Shown here: one piece after another, positions 31,034 through 39,328 of the stretch
How the letters are laid out: every line of letters begins with the position of its first letter
How positions within the stretch are numbered: the stretch's first letter is position 1
Assembly: GCA_001563335.1 (NCBI GenBank)
Contig: LRSL01000109.1
Span: 60,546 to 124,545, forward strand
Source of the DNA: Candidatus Thorarchaeota archaeon SMTZ1-45
GTDB lineage: Archaea; Asgardarchaeota; Thorarchaeia; Thorarchaeales; Thorarchaeaceae
DNA length: 64,000 nt
Direction: 5' to 3'
Program-made: the position numbers and the translations under genes
Notes under the pieces: model-generated
The model's database searches: none
The model's input: the letters and a program-made list of their open reading frames with translations, nothing else
What the model was told of the DNA's origin: nothing

Positions 31034-31337
31034 TGTTCTGTCACTCCGAAGAGGTACCAGGTCGATTCAAGAATGCCCGATAAAATACTTCCCATCGGAC
31101 AACAGATACAAAGAGCGATTTGACTCAAAATAATTGGCGCCAAACTTTGAGGGTTAACGATTTCTAACCCATGCACTTAATATTACACAGATAACGTCCA
31201 AGAATTATGAAGGCAACTAGGCTCTATACTCGAGCTTACCTAACACGAATAAAATACCGAGGGGAGGAAAATCGCCTTTATGACTTAGCTGAGATTGAGG
31301 TTACTAAGTTCTCAGCACCACCAAAGTATCATGAAAG

Positions 31338-31685
31338 ATGATTGTGGAAATCCAGGTAAGTCCCATACAACTAATCCCAATTGGTCTTCTATTCATTCTA
31401 GTTGGAGAACTCACAGTTCTCTTTGTCGAGCTTATTCCTACTATCATCAAGCGTTTCAAGACAAGAACTTTCATTTCACCTATAAGACTCTCAAAACAAG
31501 AGGAGGACATTCTAACATTTCGTACAAAGAAAGGTGGATCTTGTTCTAAGCGGGAAATCTATGAGGAACTTGATAAGTCACAGTCACTCGCTAGTACGAT
31601 TCGTACTTCACTAGAAGAGAGAAAACTGATTCAGCATTTCAGAGAAGGTCGAGTGAACATGGTTCATATCATGGAAGAAATGTGA
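31338..31685 (+). CDS. TM-anchored winged-helix protein (possibly truncated)
   Basis: One TM followed by LSKQEEDIL...GG...REIYEELDKSQSLASTIRTSLEERKLI...GR.N. Confidence 0.5.
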   Translation: MIVEIQVSPIQLIPIGLLFILVGELTVLFVELIPTIIKRFKTRTFISPIRLSKQEEDILTFRTKKGGSCSKREIYEELDKSQSLASTIRTSLEERKLIQHFREGRVNMVHIMEEM

Positions 31686-31693
31686 TGTAACTT

Positions 31694-32614
31694 TCATGTC
31701 TTTGCTTCTAGACCAAGTCGCTCCCAATTGGGGTGGGTCTTTCTTTGCATATACTGCAGATGTGTTTTCAACCCAAATTCCTCAGGCTCATGACCGAACG
31801 CAAGCGCAAGGAGTTCAACAACATGGAGTATATCAAAAGTATATTGCTGTTCGAAGTAGTTCTGTATCTCCACTTGTCCCATGTCAAGCTGCAATTCACA
31901 GAATGGACACGGTGTAACGATCATGTCTGCTCCACCAGCCTTTAGCAGACTGTCGAACTTCTGTTTTGTAAATTCGAGAGCAATTTTCACATCAGCAGTT
32001 CTTACAGCTCCACCAGCACCACAACAGATTAGTTCATCCTTATATGGTACATATTCAGCTCCTGAAGTTTCACAAAGTTCTCTAAAAATGTGCGGGCGCT
32101 CTGAGTCATCTTTCTGTTTGATGATTTTTGGTCGCATCCAATGACATCCAGGGTGTAGAGCCATTCGTACACCCTTGAATGGACGTGTTACTCTCTCACG
32201 TATCTTCTCAAGACCAACAAGATTGTATAACGCATCAACGTAATGCCAAACCTCAATTGTACCCTTAAACTCTCTGTCGATTTCAGCTAAGTTTTCATTC
32301 ACTGCTTCCCGGAGTTCATCATCATGCTTTAACTCGTAGTTTGCATCCCATAAGCTAGCAAAACATCCATTGCATCCAGTAGTAATTGGATGGCCACCAG
32401 CTTCCGCAATAGTCAGATTACGTGCTGCAATAGTAGCCCAAGTGACTCTGTCAAAGGACCCGAAAACACCCGGAGCTGGACAACAGGTAGCCCCCTCCAT
32501 ATCAAGGAGTTTCAAACCCAAGTCGTTGAATACTAGTTTAACCGCCCTCTCAACACTTGGATATCGATGTGGTATGATGCATCCAAGGAAGTGGTAGAAA
32601 GATTTCTTCGCCAA
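31694..32614 (-). CDS. hdrB: Heterodisulfide reductase subunit B
   Basis: FLGCIIP.RYP, TCCPAPG, CNGC, HPGCH, CCGAGG.VR, CPFC. Confidence 0.95.
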   Translation of the reverse strand: MAKKSFYHFLGCIIPHRYPSVERAVKLVFNDLGLKLLDMEGATCCPAPGVFGSFDRVTWATIAARNLTIAEAGGHPITTGCNGCFASLWDANYELKHDDELREAVNENLAEIDREFKGTIEVWHYVDALYNLVGLEKIRERVTRPFKGVRMALHPGCHWMRPKIIKQKDDSERPHIFRELCETSGAEYVPYKDELICCGAGGAVRTADVKIALEFTKQKFDSLLKAGGADMIVTPCPFCELQLDMGQVEIQNYFEQQYTFDILHVVELLALAFGHEPEEFGLKTHLQYMQRKTHPNWERLGLEAKT

Positions 32615-32616
32615 CC

Positions 32617-33168
32617 TTAATGCTCCTCCTTTTCTTTCTCTTCGACTAACTTATCAAATCCAGTTTTTTTGGCAATCTTTCGAATTTCTTCGATTGCCTC
32701 TGGGTGACTACTTGCGTTTGGAGGGACTCTCTCAATACCAACACTTTCTCTCAAATTTTCCCATGATTCCTTATCCAGTGGAACTGCATGTCCTGTTTCA
32801 AGAACTTTCAGAGCTACTTTTTGGTGAGGAACCAGCATGTAGCCCTCTGCAACGGCTATATTTCTAATCGCTTTGATGACGTCGGTTGGTTTCACATCCT
32901 GTGGACATCGATCTGTACAAGTATAACAAGTAGTGCAGTACCATAGCTCAGGAGCTGAAATGCATTGTTCTTTCAAGCCAAGGAGTGCTTTTCGAATTAT
33001 TCCTCGGACAAGATAGTTGGTCCTTGCACCAGCAGGGCAACTACCACTACATGTACCACATTGATAGCAGCTCTGAATATTAGGACCACCTGTCTTCTTA
33101 ATTATCTGCACGAATGAATCGTCCGGGGTATCAAAAACGATTGCAGTTTTTTCCTCGGCACTGGTCAA
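32617..33168 (-). CDS. hdrC: Heterodisulfide reductase subunit C
   Basis: CYQCGTCSGSCP, LWYCTTCYTCTDRCP, GHAVP. Confidence 0.94.
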   Translation of the reverse strand: MTSAEEKTAIVFDTPDDSFVQIIKKTGGPNIQSCYQCGTCSGSCPAGARTNYLVRGIIRKALLGLKEQCISAPELWYCTTCYTCTDRCPQDVKPTDVIKAIRNIAVAEGYMLVPHQKVALKVLETGHAVPLDKESWENLRESVGIERVPPNASSHPEAIEEIRKIAKKTGFDKLVEEKEKEEH

Positions 33169-33263
33169 AATAACACACCGGCTGTGGAGGGTTTGAAGTT
33201 CAGCCTTAAATCCGTGTTGTTCAGGTCGTTAAATTCATCACTCAAAAATCATGATTATTATCG

Positions 33264-34340
33264 ATGTTATGTCCAAATCATGAGTCTGAAGAGAGAATAA
33301 TTTCTCAGTCAGTTGGCATCTGCTCTGCTTGCATTAGGGAAGGAGTACAGTCTACGGCGCAACAAATCCATGAATTGCTTCGTAGGCGTGAACAGCTAGT
33401 GCCAACTATACCTAATAATGGCACCTTCACTTGTGGTGACTGTGGAAATCACTGTAAAATGAATGAGGGAGATTTAGGATTTTGTGGCAACCGTATTGTA
33501 ACAGATTCAAAAGTTGTTGAAAGATATCTTGGAAAGGCTGTAGTTTCATGGTACTTTGATCCTCTTCCAACGAATTGTGTGGCTGATTGGGTCTGTTCAG
33601 CCACAAAGGAATTAGAGTTTGGATTTGGACAAAAACGATTGAAGAACCTAGCTGTCTTCTATGGTTCATGCAATTCGGATTGTCTTTTCTGTCAGAATGG
33701 AAGTTATAGAGTAATGATGGCGGCTGGAAGACCATTAATGACACCCAGAGAACTTGCTAATGCAGCAGACAATTATACTGCATGTGTCTGTTATTTCGGT
33801 GGCGACCCCTCAGTCAATTCTGAACACTCTTTGGAAACATCGAAACTATTGAATATCGAGAAACATGTTAGAGTTTGCTATGAAACTAATGGAAATATAT
33901 CAAAGAAGTGGCTCACAAGAATAGCAAATATGGTTGAAGAAACACGTGGAACATTCAAGTTCGACATTAAGGCAATCTCGCCGGATCTCTACAAAGTATT
34001 GACAGGAGTTTCAAACTCAGTCGTTCTTAGAAACTTCAAGGAGCTGGCAGCTCAGAAGAGAAACCGTGAGAATGAGTTTCTTGTAGCAAGTGTCCTTCTT
34101 GTTCCCGGATACATTGATCTACCTGAGGTCAGGAAGATTTGCAGATTTATTTCAGAGAATGATCCAACAATACCAACAGCACTACTTGGATTCTATCCAC
34201 ATCATGCAATGAGGGACCTCCCACGTACCAGTCGAGTTCACGCTCATGCTGCGCTGGAAGTTGCACACGATGAGGGATTGACGAATGTTAGGATTGGAAA
34301 TCTAGGCTTGCTTGGAGCTGATACATACAGATTCGATTGA
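33264..34340 (+). CDS. Radical SAM protein (PflX/AmmeMemoRadiSAM-related)
   Basis: CNSDCLFCQN CxxxCxxC motif, GGDP, ETNG, DIK, extra N-terminal Cys clusters. Confidence 0.88.
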   Translation: MLCPNHESEERIISQSVGICSACIREGVQSTAQQIHELLRRREQLVPTIPNNGTFTCGDCGNHCKMNEGDLGFCGNRIVTDSKVVERYLGKAVVSWYFDPLPTNCVADWVCSATKELEFGFGQKRLKNLAVFYGSCNSDCLFCQNGSYRVMMAAGRPLMTPRELANAADNYTACVCYFGGDPSVNSEHSLETSKLLNIEKHVRVCYETNGNISKKWLTRIANMVEETRGTFKFDIKAISPDLYKVLTGVSNSVVLRNFKELAAQKRNRENEFLVASVLLVPGYIDLPEVRKICRFISENDPTIPTALLGFYPHHAMRDLPRTSRVHAHAALEVAHDEGLTNVRIGNLGLLGADTYRFD

Positions 34341-34450
34341 GGGATTTTAATGCACAATGGAGCAGATTTATCCATAATATAACGCTCAATATCTCAATCC
34401 TTATATCTCGTAAAATGCGGGACCCGGATAGGGAACGCTGAGGTCTGAGT

Positions 34451-35005
34451 ATGACTGATACTATCTCTCGCGAAACCATAGACAACAATGAAATTGATAC
34501 CGAGTTCGTTGACAAGATAGTGCAAGCCGGAGCTGATAGAATACGTACTTGTATTCAATGTGGAACTTGTTCTAGTGCATGTCCAAGTGGAAGACGGACT
34601 GCCTTCAGAACTCGTGAGCTCATGCGAAAAGCATTACTTGGACTCAAAGAAGATGTGCTGTCAAGTACTGATCTTTGGCTGTGTTCTACATGTTACAATT
34701 GCTTAGAGAGATGTCCTAGACAAATCAAGGTCACAGATGCTATAATCATCATGAGGAACATGGCAGTAGATGACGGACTTATGCTACCTGAGCACAAGAA
34801 AGCCTCTCAGAAACTTCTCTCCACTGGTCATGCTGTCCCAATTGATGATGCTAATAGAGAGATACGAAAAGACCTAGGACTTGATGAACTTCCACCCACT
34901 ACTCACTCGAATAAGAAAGCCCTCAGCCAGGTACAAGAGATAATGAAGAGAACTGGTTTCAAAGACCTCATTAAAAGCCAAAAAGCGGGGGGACAGATGA
35001 GGTGA
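34451..35005 (+). CDS. hdrC: Heterodisulfide reductase subunit C
   Basis: CIQCGTCSSACPSGRRT, LWLCSTCYNCLERCPR, GHAVP. Confidence 0.95.
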   Translation: MTDTISRETIDNNEIDTEFVDKIVQAGADRIRTCIQCGTCSSACPSGRRTAFRTRELMRKALLGLKEDVLSSTDLWLCSTCYNCLERCPRQIKVTDAIIIMRNMAVDDGLMLPEHKKASQKLLSTGHAVPIDDANREIRKDLGLDELPPTTHSNKKALSQVQEIMKRTGFKDLIKSQKAGGQMR

Positions 35006-35898
35006 CTGAATCACAGACATACTCTTTCTTCCTGGGTTGTGTGATGCCAAATCGTTTTCCGAATCTGGAGGCAAGCATTCGAGTTGTACTTCCCAGGTTG
35101 GGAATTAATCTTGAAGATCTTGAAGGGGCAAGTTGTTGTCCAGCTCCGGGTGTTGTTAGATCCTTTGACGAACCAACTTGGTTGGCTCTTGCATCAAGAA
35201 ACCTGGCTCTTGCAGAGATGTCAGGCAATGATATCATTACTGGTTGCAATGGATGCTATGGTACTTTCAAGGAAGCTCTCGCGGAAATCCACGAACATCC
35301 TATTAGGTTAAAAGAAGTCCAAAAAATCTTCAAAGGAATGGGACTCAAGTTCTCTGGTAAGGTTGAAGCAAGACATGTCATTGAGGTCATCAGCGAACTG
35401 GGTCCGGATCATATTCGAAACAAAGTCGCTCGGCCAATGAATGGAGTCAAGGTCGGTGTGCATTATGGATGTCATCTTCTAAAGCCTAGCAAAAATAGAC
35501 CCTGGAAACATAATCAGAGGCATACTTTTTTGGATGAACTTGTGGAATCAACGGGAGCTACAAGTGTAGATTATAAGGATAAAGACATGTGTTGTGGGGC
35601 TGGAGGAGGAGTGCGAGGGTCTCAAGTTGAGTTGAGTATTGACATAGCCAAGGAGAAACTTGACAATCTGATTGATGCTGGAGTCGACTGTATTGTTAAT
35701 GTTTGTTCTTTCTGCCACTTGCAGTATGAAACAGCCCAAGCAAAACTAAATGAGGAGCTAGGTGAGAGGAGATATCAGATTCCAGTTATCTATTACACTC
35801 AATTGCTTGGGCTGGCAATGGGACTAGATACAGCTGAATTAGGTCTTGACAAGCATATTATTAGTACAAGACCTCTACTTGACAAGGTTCTGGGCTAA
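35002..35898 (+). CDS. hdrB: Heterodisulfide reductase subunit B
   Basis: FLGCVMPNRFP, SCCPAPG, CNGC, HYGCH, CCGAGGGVR, CSFCH. Confidence 0.95.
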   Translation: MTESQTYSFFLGCVMPNRFPNLEASIRVVLPRLGINLEDLEGASCCPAPGVVRSFDEPTWLALASRNLALAEMSGNDIITGCNGCYGTFKEALAEIHEHPIRLKEVQKIFKGMGLKFSGKVEARHVIEVISELGPDHIRNKVARPMNGVKVGVHYGCHLLKPSKNRPWKHNQRHTFLDELVESTGATSVDYKDKDMCCGAGGGVRGSQVELSIDIAKEKLDNLIDAGVDCIVNVCSFCHLQYETAQAKLNEELGERRYQIPVIYYTQLLGLAMGLDTAELGLDKHIISTRPLLDKVLG

Positions 35899-36836
35899 AA
35901 CCACTTTCTTGCTGCATAGTAAACAACCAAAGCCATTATTCCACTTGAAAAGAGAAGTAATGCAATAAACACAATAATACGTAGCTCCATATCAGGCGTA
36001 GTGGTTGTTGTTGGTGTCGATGTTGGGGGAGTGGTTGTTGGCGTAACAACTGTTCCTGCAGTGAATGTATCATCAGATTGGTCTGTAGAGTAATATATGC
36101 CATCGGTCACTCTTACACGCACAATGTATGTATCGGTCCTGTTCAAACCGCTACAGTCCCATTCAAACCAAGTCTGATTCGTTGCAGATACAAGATGTAT
36201 ATAAGATGAACCAGAATCTGGTGAGTAATATACATCATAGAGAAATTCATCATCAAGGTTTCCATCAGAAACGGACCAGGTGATGTTATGGACAGATGTC
36301 CAATCCTCATTTCCATTGGGAGAGATTACTTTTACTTGAGGTATGAAATAGTTCCCTATGTAGACATCTGTGAACTCAAATGAGATCATTGACCCGTTTG
36401 TAAGCCAAGTAGAGGCATTGATAATGCATGTAGCATTGTTGCCAAGAGCGCGAGTATCAATCTCCAGTGTTGATTGATTATCTTCAATCAATAGAGTTGC
36501 TGGAATTGCAGGAGCTCGGACTTCAAGTCTTGATCTGTTCACAAGTGTGGGGGTCCATTTGGTTTTCAGAATCACATGGTCACCAGCAATAACATCGCCA
36601 GACTCTACTAGGGTTTCAGTCAAGTTTGTGCGAGTTGTATAACTAAGATTTAGTGTGGGAATTTCTGCAGAGGGGAAAAACTGCTGATGCGTTGACTCGA
36701 TTTCAGTTTTGCTGTCGAATACATAAGTGATTAGTGGCAAGGTCAGTGGTAACATTAGCAATAGAACGATCGCAAGTCCATTCCGTGCTGTTTTCAAATT
36801 TGTAGATTTATGTTTCATGCTTGTTTTCTCATTCAA
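35895..36836 (-). CDS. Exported beta-rich (Ig/FnIII-like) protein with Thr/Pro linker and C-terminal membrane anchor
   Basis: N-terminal TM, V.VISPNG.E...ITW...D, SD..F, TTTPPTSTPTTTTT linker, C-terminal TM followed by RKWF. Confidence 0.8.
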   Translation of the reverse strand: MNEKTSMKHKSTNLKTARNGLAIVLLLMLPLTLPLITYVFDSKTEIESTHQQFFPSAEIPTLNLSYTTRTNLTETLVESGDVIAGDHVILKTKWTPTLVNRSRLEVRAPAIPATLLIEDNQSTLEIDTRALGNNATCIINASTWLTNGSMISFEFTDVYIGNYFIPQVKVISPNGNEDWTSVHNITWSVSDGNLDDEFLYDVYYSPDSGSSYIHLVSATNQTWFEWDCSGLNRTDTYIVRVRVTDGIYYSTDQSDDTFTAGTVVTPTTTPPTSTPTTTTTPDMELRIIVFIALLLFSSGIMALVVYYAARKWF

Positions 36837-37303
36837 TCTCGTTCACCCTCTGGAAATGGCTGTTCTCTCCAAACCTTCAATGCCTCATACCATAGTATAG
36901 CGCAAGCAGAAACGAGCAGCAATAGAAGAACGATTGTATACCAGTTAGCGGTAAATGAGAACAATAGAGTACTAAGCGCGGCTGTGAGAGAGGTGTAAAA
37001 TGTCGCATAGAAGAGAAAACGGGGGACCATTATCCTACCCCGACCCATGAACTGATTCAGTATACCCATCCTCACATCGCGTCTGATTGTATATTGGCCA
37101 TGAACATCCTTCTCAACAAGGCCAAATTGTCTCAGACGTTCTAGATGATGCATTGAAAGCGATGGACTCGATAATTCAGCACCGCGTTGAATCTCACGTG
37201 CAGTCAAAGGTTGTGGGTGTCGTAACATATACCAGTAGACACTTAGAGTCTTACCTTTCACCAGCTCTGCCAACTCATCTTCAGTTGGTTCCTTAATGGT
37301 CAA
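36833..37303 (-). CDS. Winged-helix regulator with two C-terminal TM helices
   Basis: GKTLSVYWYML...AREIQR..ELSSPSLSMHHLERL...GLVEK...G.Y, then 2 TMs. Confidence 0.82.
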   Translation of the reverse strand: MTIKEPTEDELAELVKGKTLSVYWYMLRHPQPLTAREIQRGAELSSPSLSMHHLERLRQFGLVEKDVHGQYTIRRDVRMGILNQFMGRGRIMVPRFLFYATFYTSLTAALSTLLFSFTANWYTIVLLLLLVSACAILWYEALKVWREQPFPEGERD

Positions 37304-37501
37304 GGGCTACGACTCCAATATTCTGAGAGCAGACTACTGCTGAAACACTCTTAAACTATGTTGATTGCGCTCCGCGAGGTTAGGTCCCTCAAGGTAAGGC
37401 TAAAATAGCTCGAGGGTGCGCCATGGGTCAGACCTGAACAGGTATCTGTAATGGTAAACACAGAGTGGACTCTTGTCAGAGGGTTCAAGGAGAAAACATT
37501 G

Positions 37502-37849
37502 ATGTCAGTGGTTCGGAAACCAATCACACCGAAACCTCCCAGAACAAGAGAGAAGGTGCTTGTTATCCTCAGGGAACAATGTAAACAATGCATGCTCTGT
37601 ATTGAGTTCTGCCCAAAGAACGTACTTTGCCTCACTGACATATACAATAGAAAAGGATACCATCCTGTGACTGCATGTGATATTGATGCATGTGTCAACT
37701 GTGAGTTCTGTGAACGAATATGTCCAGATATGGCAATCTTCTTGGCTGACCGAAAAGAGGCTGAAAGAGCGTACAAAGAAGGAGCTCTTGAAGAGGGCAC
37801 TGAGATACCTGAGTTTGAGAGAGATATACCAGAGAAGGAGGAAAAATAG
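37502..37849 (+). CDS. korD: 2x[4Fe-4S] ferredoxin, delta subunit of 2-oxoacid:ferredoxin oxidoreductase
   Basis: CKQCMLCIEFCP...N.KGYHP...CVNCEFCERICPD.AI; ATG at 37502 after AGGAG. Confidence 0.85.
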   Translation: MSVVRKPITPKPPRTREKVLVILREQCKQCMLCIEFCPKNVLCLTDIYNRKGYHPVTACDIDACVNCEFCERICPDMAIFLADRKEAERAYKEGALEEGTEIPEFERDIPEKEEK

Positions 37850-38989
37850 CTGCCTGAACGGGTCATGTTCACAATGGGTGATATAGCATGTGCAGAAGGC
37901 GCTCTGAGTGCAGGTTGCCGTTACTTTGGGGGGTATCCAATCACTCCTGCAACAGAGATTGCTGAGTGGATGTCTCAGAGAATGCCTGAGCTTGGAGGTG
38001 CTTATGTTCAATACGAGGACGAGATAGCTTCCATCACCAGTGTCATCGGAGCTTCTTGGACAGGAGTCAAATCGATGAGTGCCACTTCGGGACCAGGTGT
38101 GAGTCTCATGCTAGAAGCAATCGGTCTTGCAGTAATGACAGAAACTCCACTTGTCTTGGTAAATATTATGCGTGGTGGTCCAAGTACCGGTCAGCCAACA
38201 AAAGGACAACAGGGAGATGTAATGCAGGCGAAATGGGGTAGTCATGGAGACTACCAAATTATAGCTTTGACACCCGCTTCTGTCCAAGAAATGTTTGACC
38301 AGACTGTGCAAGCTTTCAATCTCTCTGAAAGATATCGAACTCCTGTTTTTGTACTAGCTGATGAAACAGTAGGTCACATGAGAGAACGTCTAGTGATTCC
38401 GGATGAAAAAGACCTGAAGCTCGAATATCGTAAGCTACCAACAGTCGACCCTTCAGAGTATCTTCCCTTCAAAGCAGATGATGATGATTTAGTACCACCA
38501 ATGGCACTATTTGGATCTAAGTATCAATTCTATGCAACTGGATTGACCCACGATGAACGTGGATACCCAAGCGATAAAGAGGATATTCAGATTGAGCTTG
38601 TTACGCGTCTGAACAATAAGATTCTCCACAATGCTGACAAGATAATTGACGTTGAGCGATTCATGCTTGATGATGCAAAAATAGCAGTGATTTCATATGG
38701 AACACCGTCTAGGAGTGCAAAGAGAGCAATCAGGGATGCGCGTGAAGAAGGCATCAAGGTAGGTATGCTCAGGCTCAAGACTGTATGGCCATTTCCAGAG
38801 AAAGAAATAGCTCAACTAGCTTCGGAGGTAAATCAGATTATTGTGGCTGAGCAAAATCTGGGACAGGTCTACTACATGGTGAAGGCATTTGCTTCACCCA
38901 CTCCAGTCCATCTCATGACAAAACCAGCAGGTATGCCTCAAATACCGCATGAAATTCTTGAAAAGATTAGAGAAGTCCAGACACTATAG
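37850..38989 (+). CDS. korA: 2-oxoacid:ferredoxin oxidoreductase alpha subunit (KorA-like); start likely CTG at 37850, otherwise ATG at 37865
   Basis: GYPITPATEIAE, EDEIAS, ATSGPG, RGGPSTG.PT, E.NLGQ. Confidence 0.9.
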   Translation: MPERVMFTMGDIACAEGALSAGCRYFGGYPITPATEIAEWMSQRMPELGGAYVQYEDEIASITSVIGASWTGVKSMSATSGPGVSLMLEAIGLAVMTETPLVLVNIMRGGPSTGQPTKGQQGDVMQAKWGSHGDYQIIALTPASVQEMFDQTVQAFNLSERYRTPVFVLADETVGHMRERLVIPDEKDLKLEYRKLPTVDPSEYLPFKADDDDLVPPMALFGSKYQFYATGLTHDERGYPSDKEDIQIELVTRLNNKILHNADKIIDVERFMLDDAKIAVISYGTPSRSAKRAIRDAREEGIKVGMLRLKTVWPFPEKEIAQLASEVNQIIVAEQNLGQVYYMVKAFASPTPVHLMTKPAGMPQIPHEILEKIREVQTL

Positions 38990-39328
38990 TCTTGTTCAAC
39001 TGTATCATGTGATGGTTCTTCCTTTTTCATGTTCGATTCGAATCATGTGACAGTTGATATTTGTTCGAATCAAGAAGAAATGAAAATGCCAAATAAATTA
39101 GAAATAATTCAAAATTTTACAAAAGATGGTCATTTCACAAGCTAAAAAATCCCGAAGACTTTATTTCAATTTGTAACCGAATGAATATGCAAATGGTTCT
39201 GTTGAATCGTGGAACTAAGATGTAAATCCGTTAGAAACAGAGTCACCATGGCGCGTCACCAATGCTTCAATAGGCAATAAAGTTCGGATCTCATTTTTCG
39301 TGAACCTCAATCACTGGGAAGTGTAGAA

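Noticed and set aside
37351-38011. 173-aa and 168-aa minus-strand ORFs
   Set aside because: Antisense to korD/korA with no recognisable motifs.
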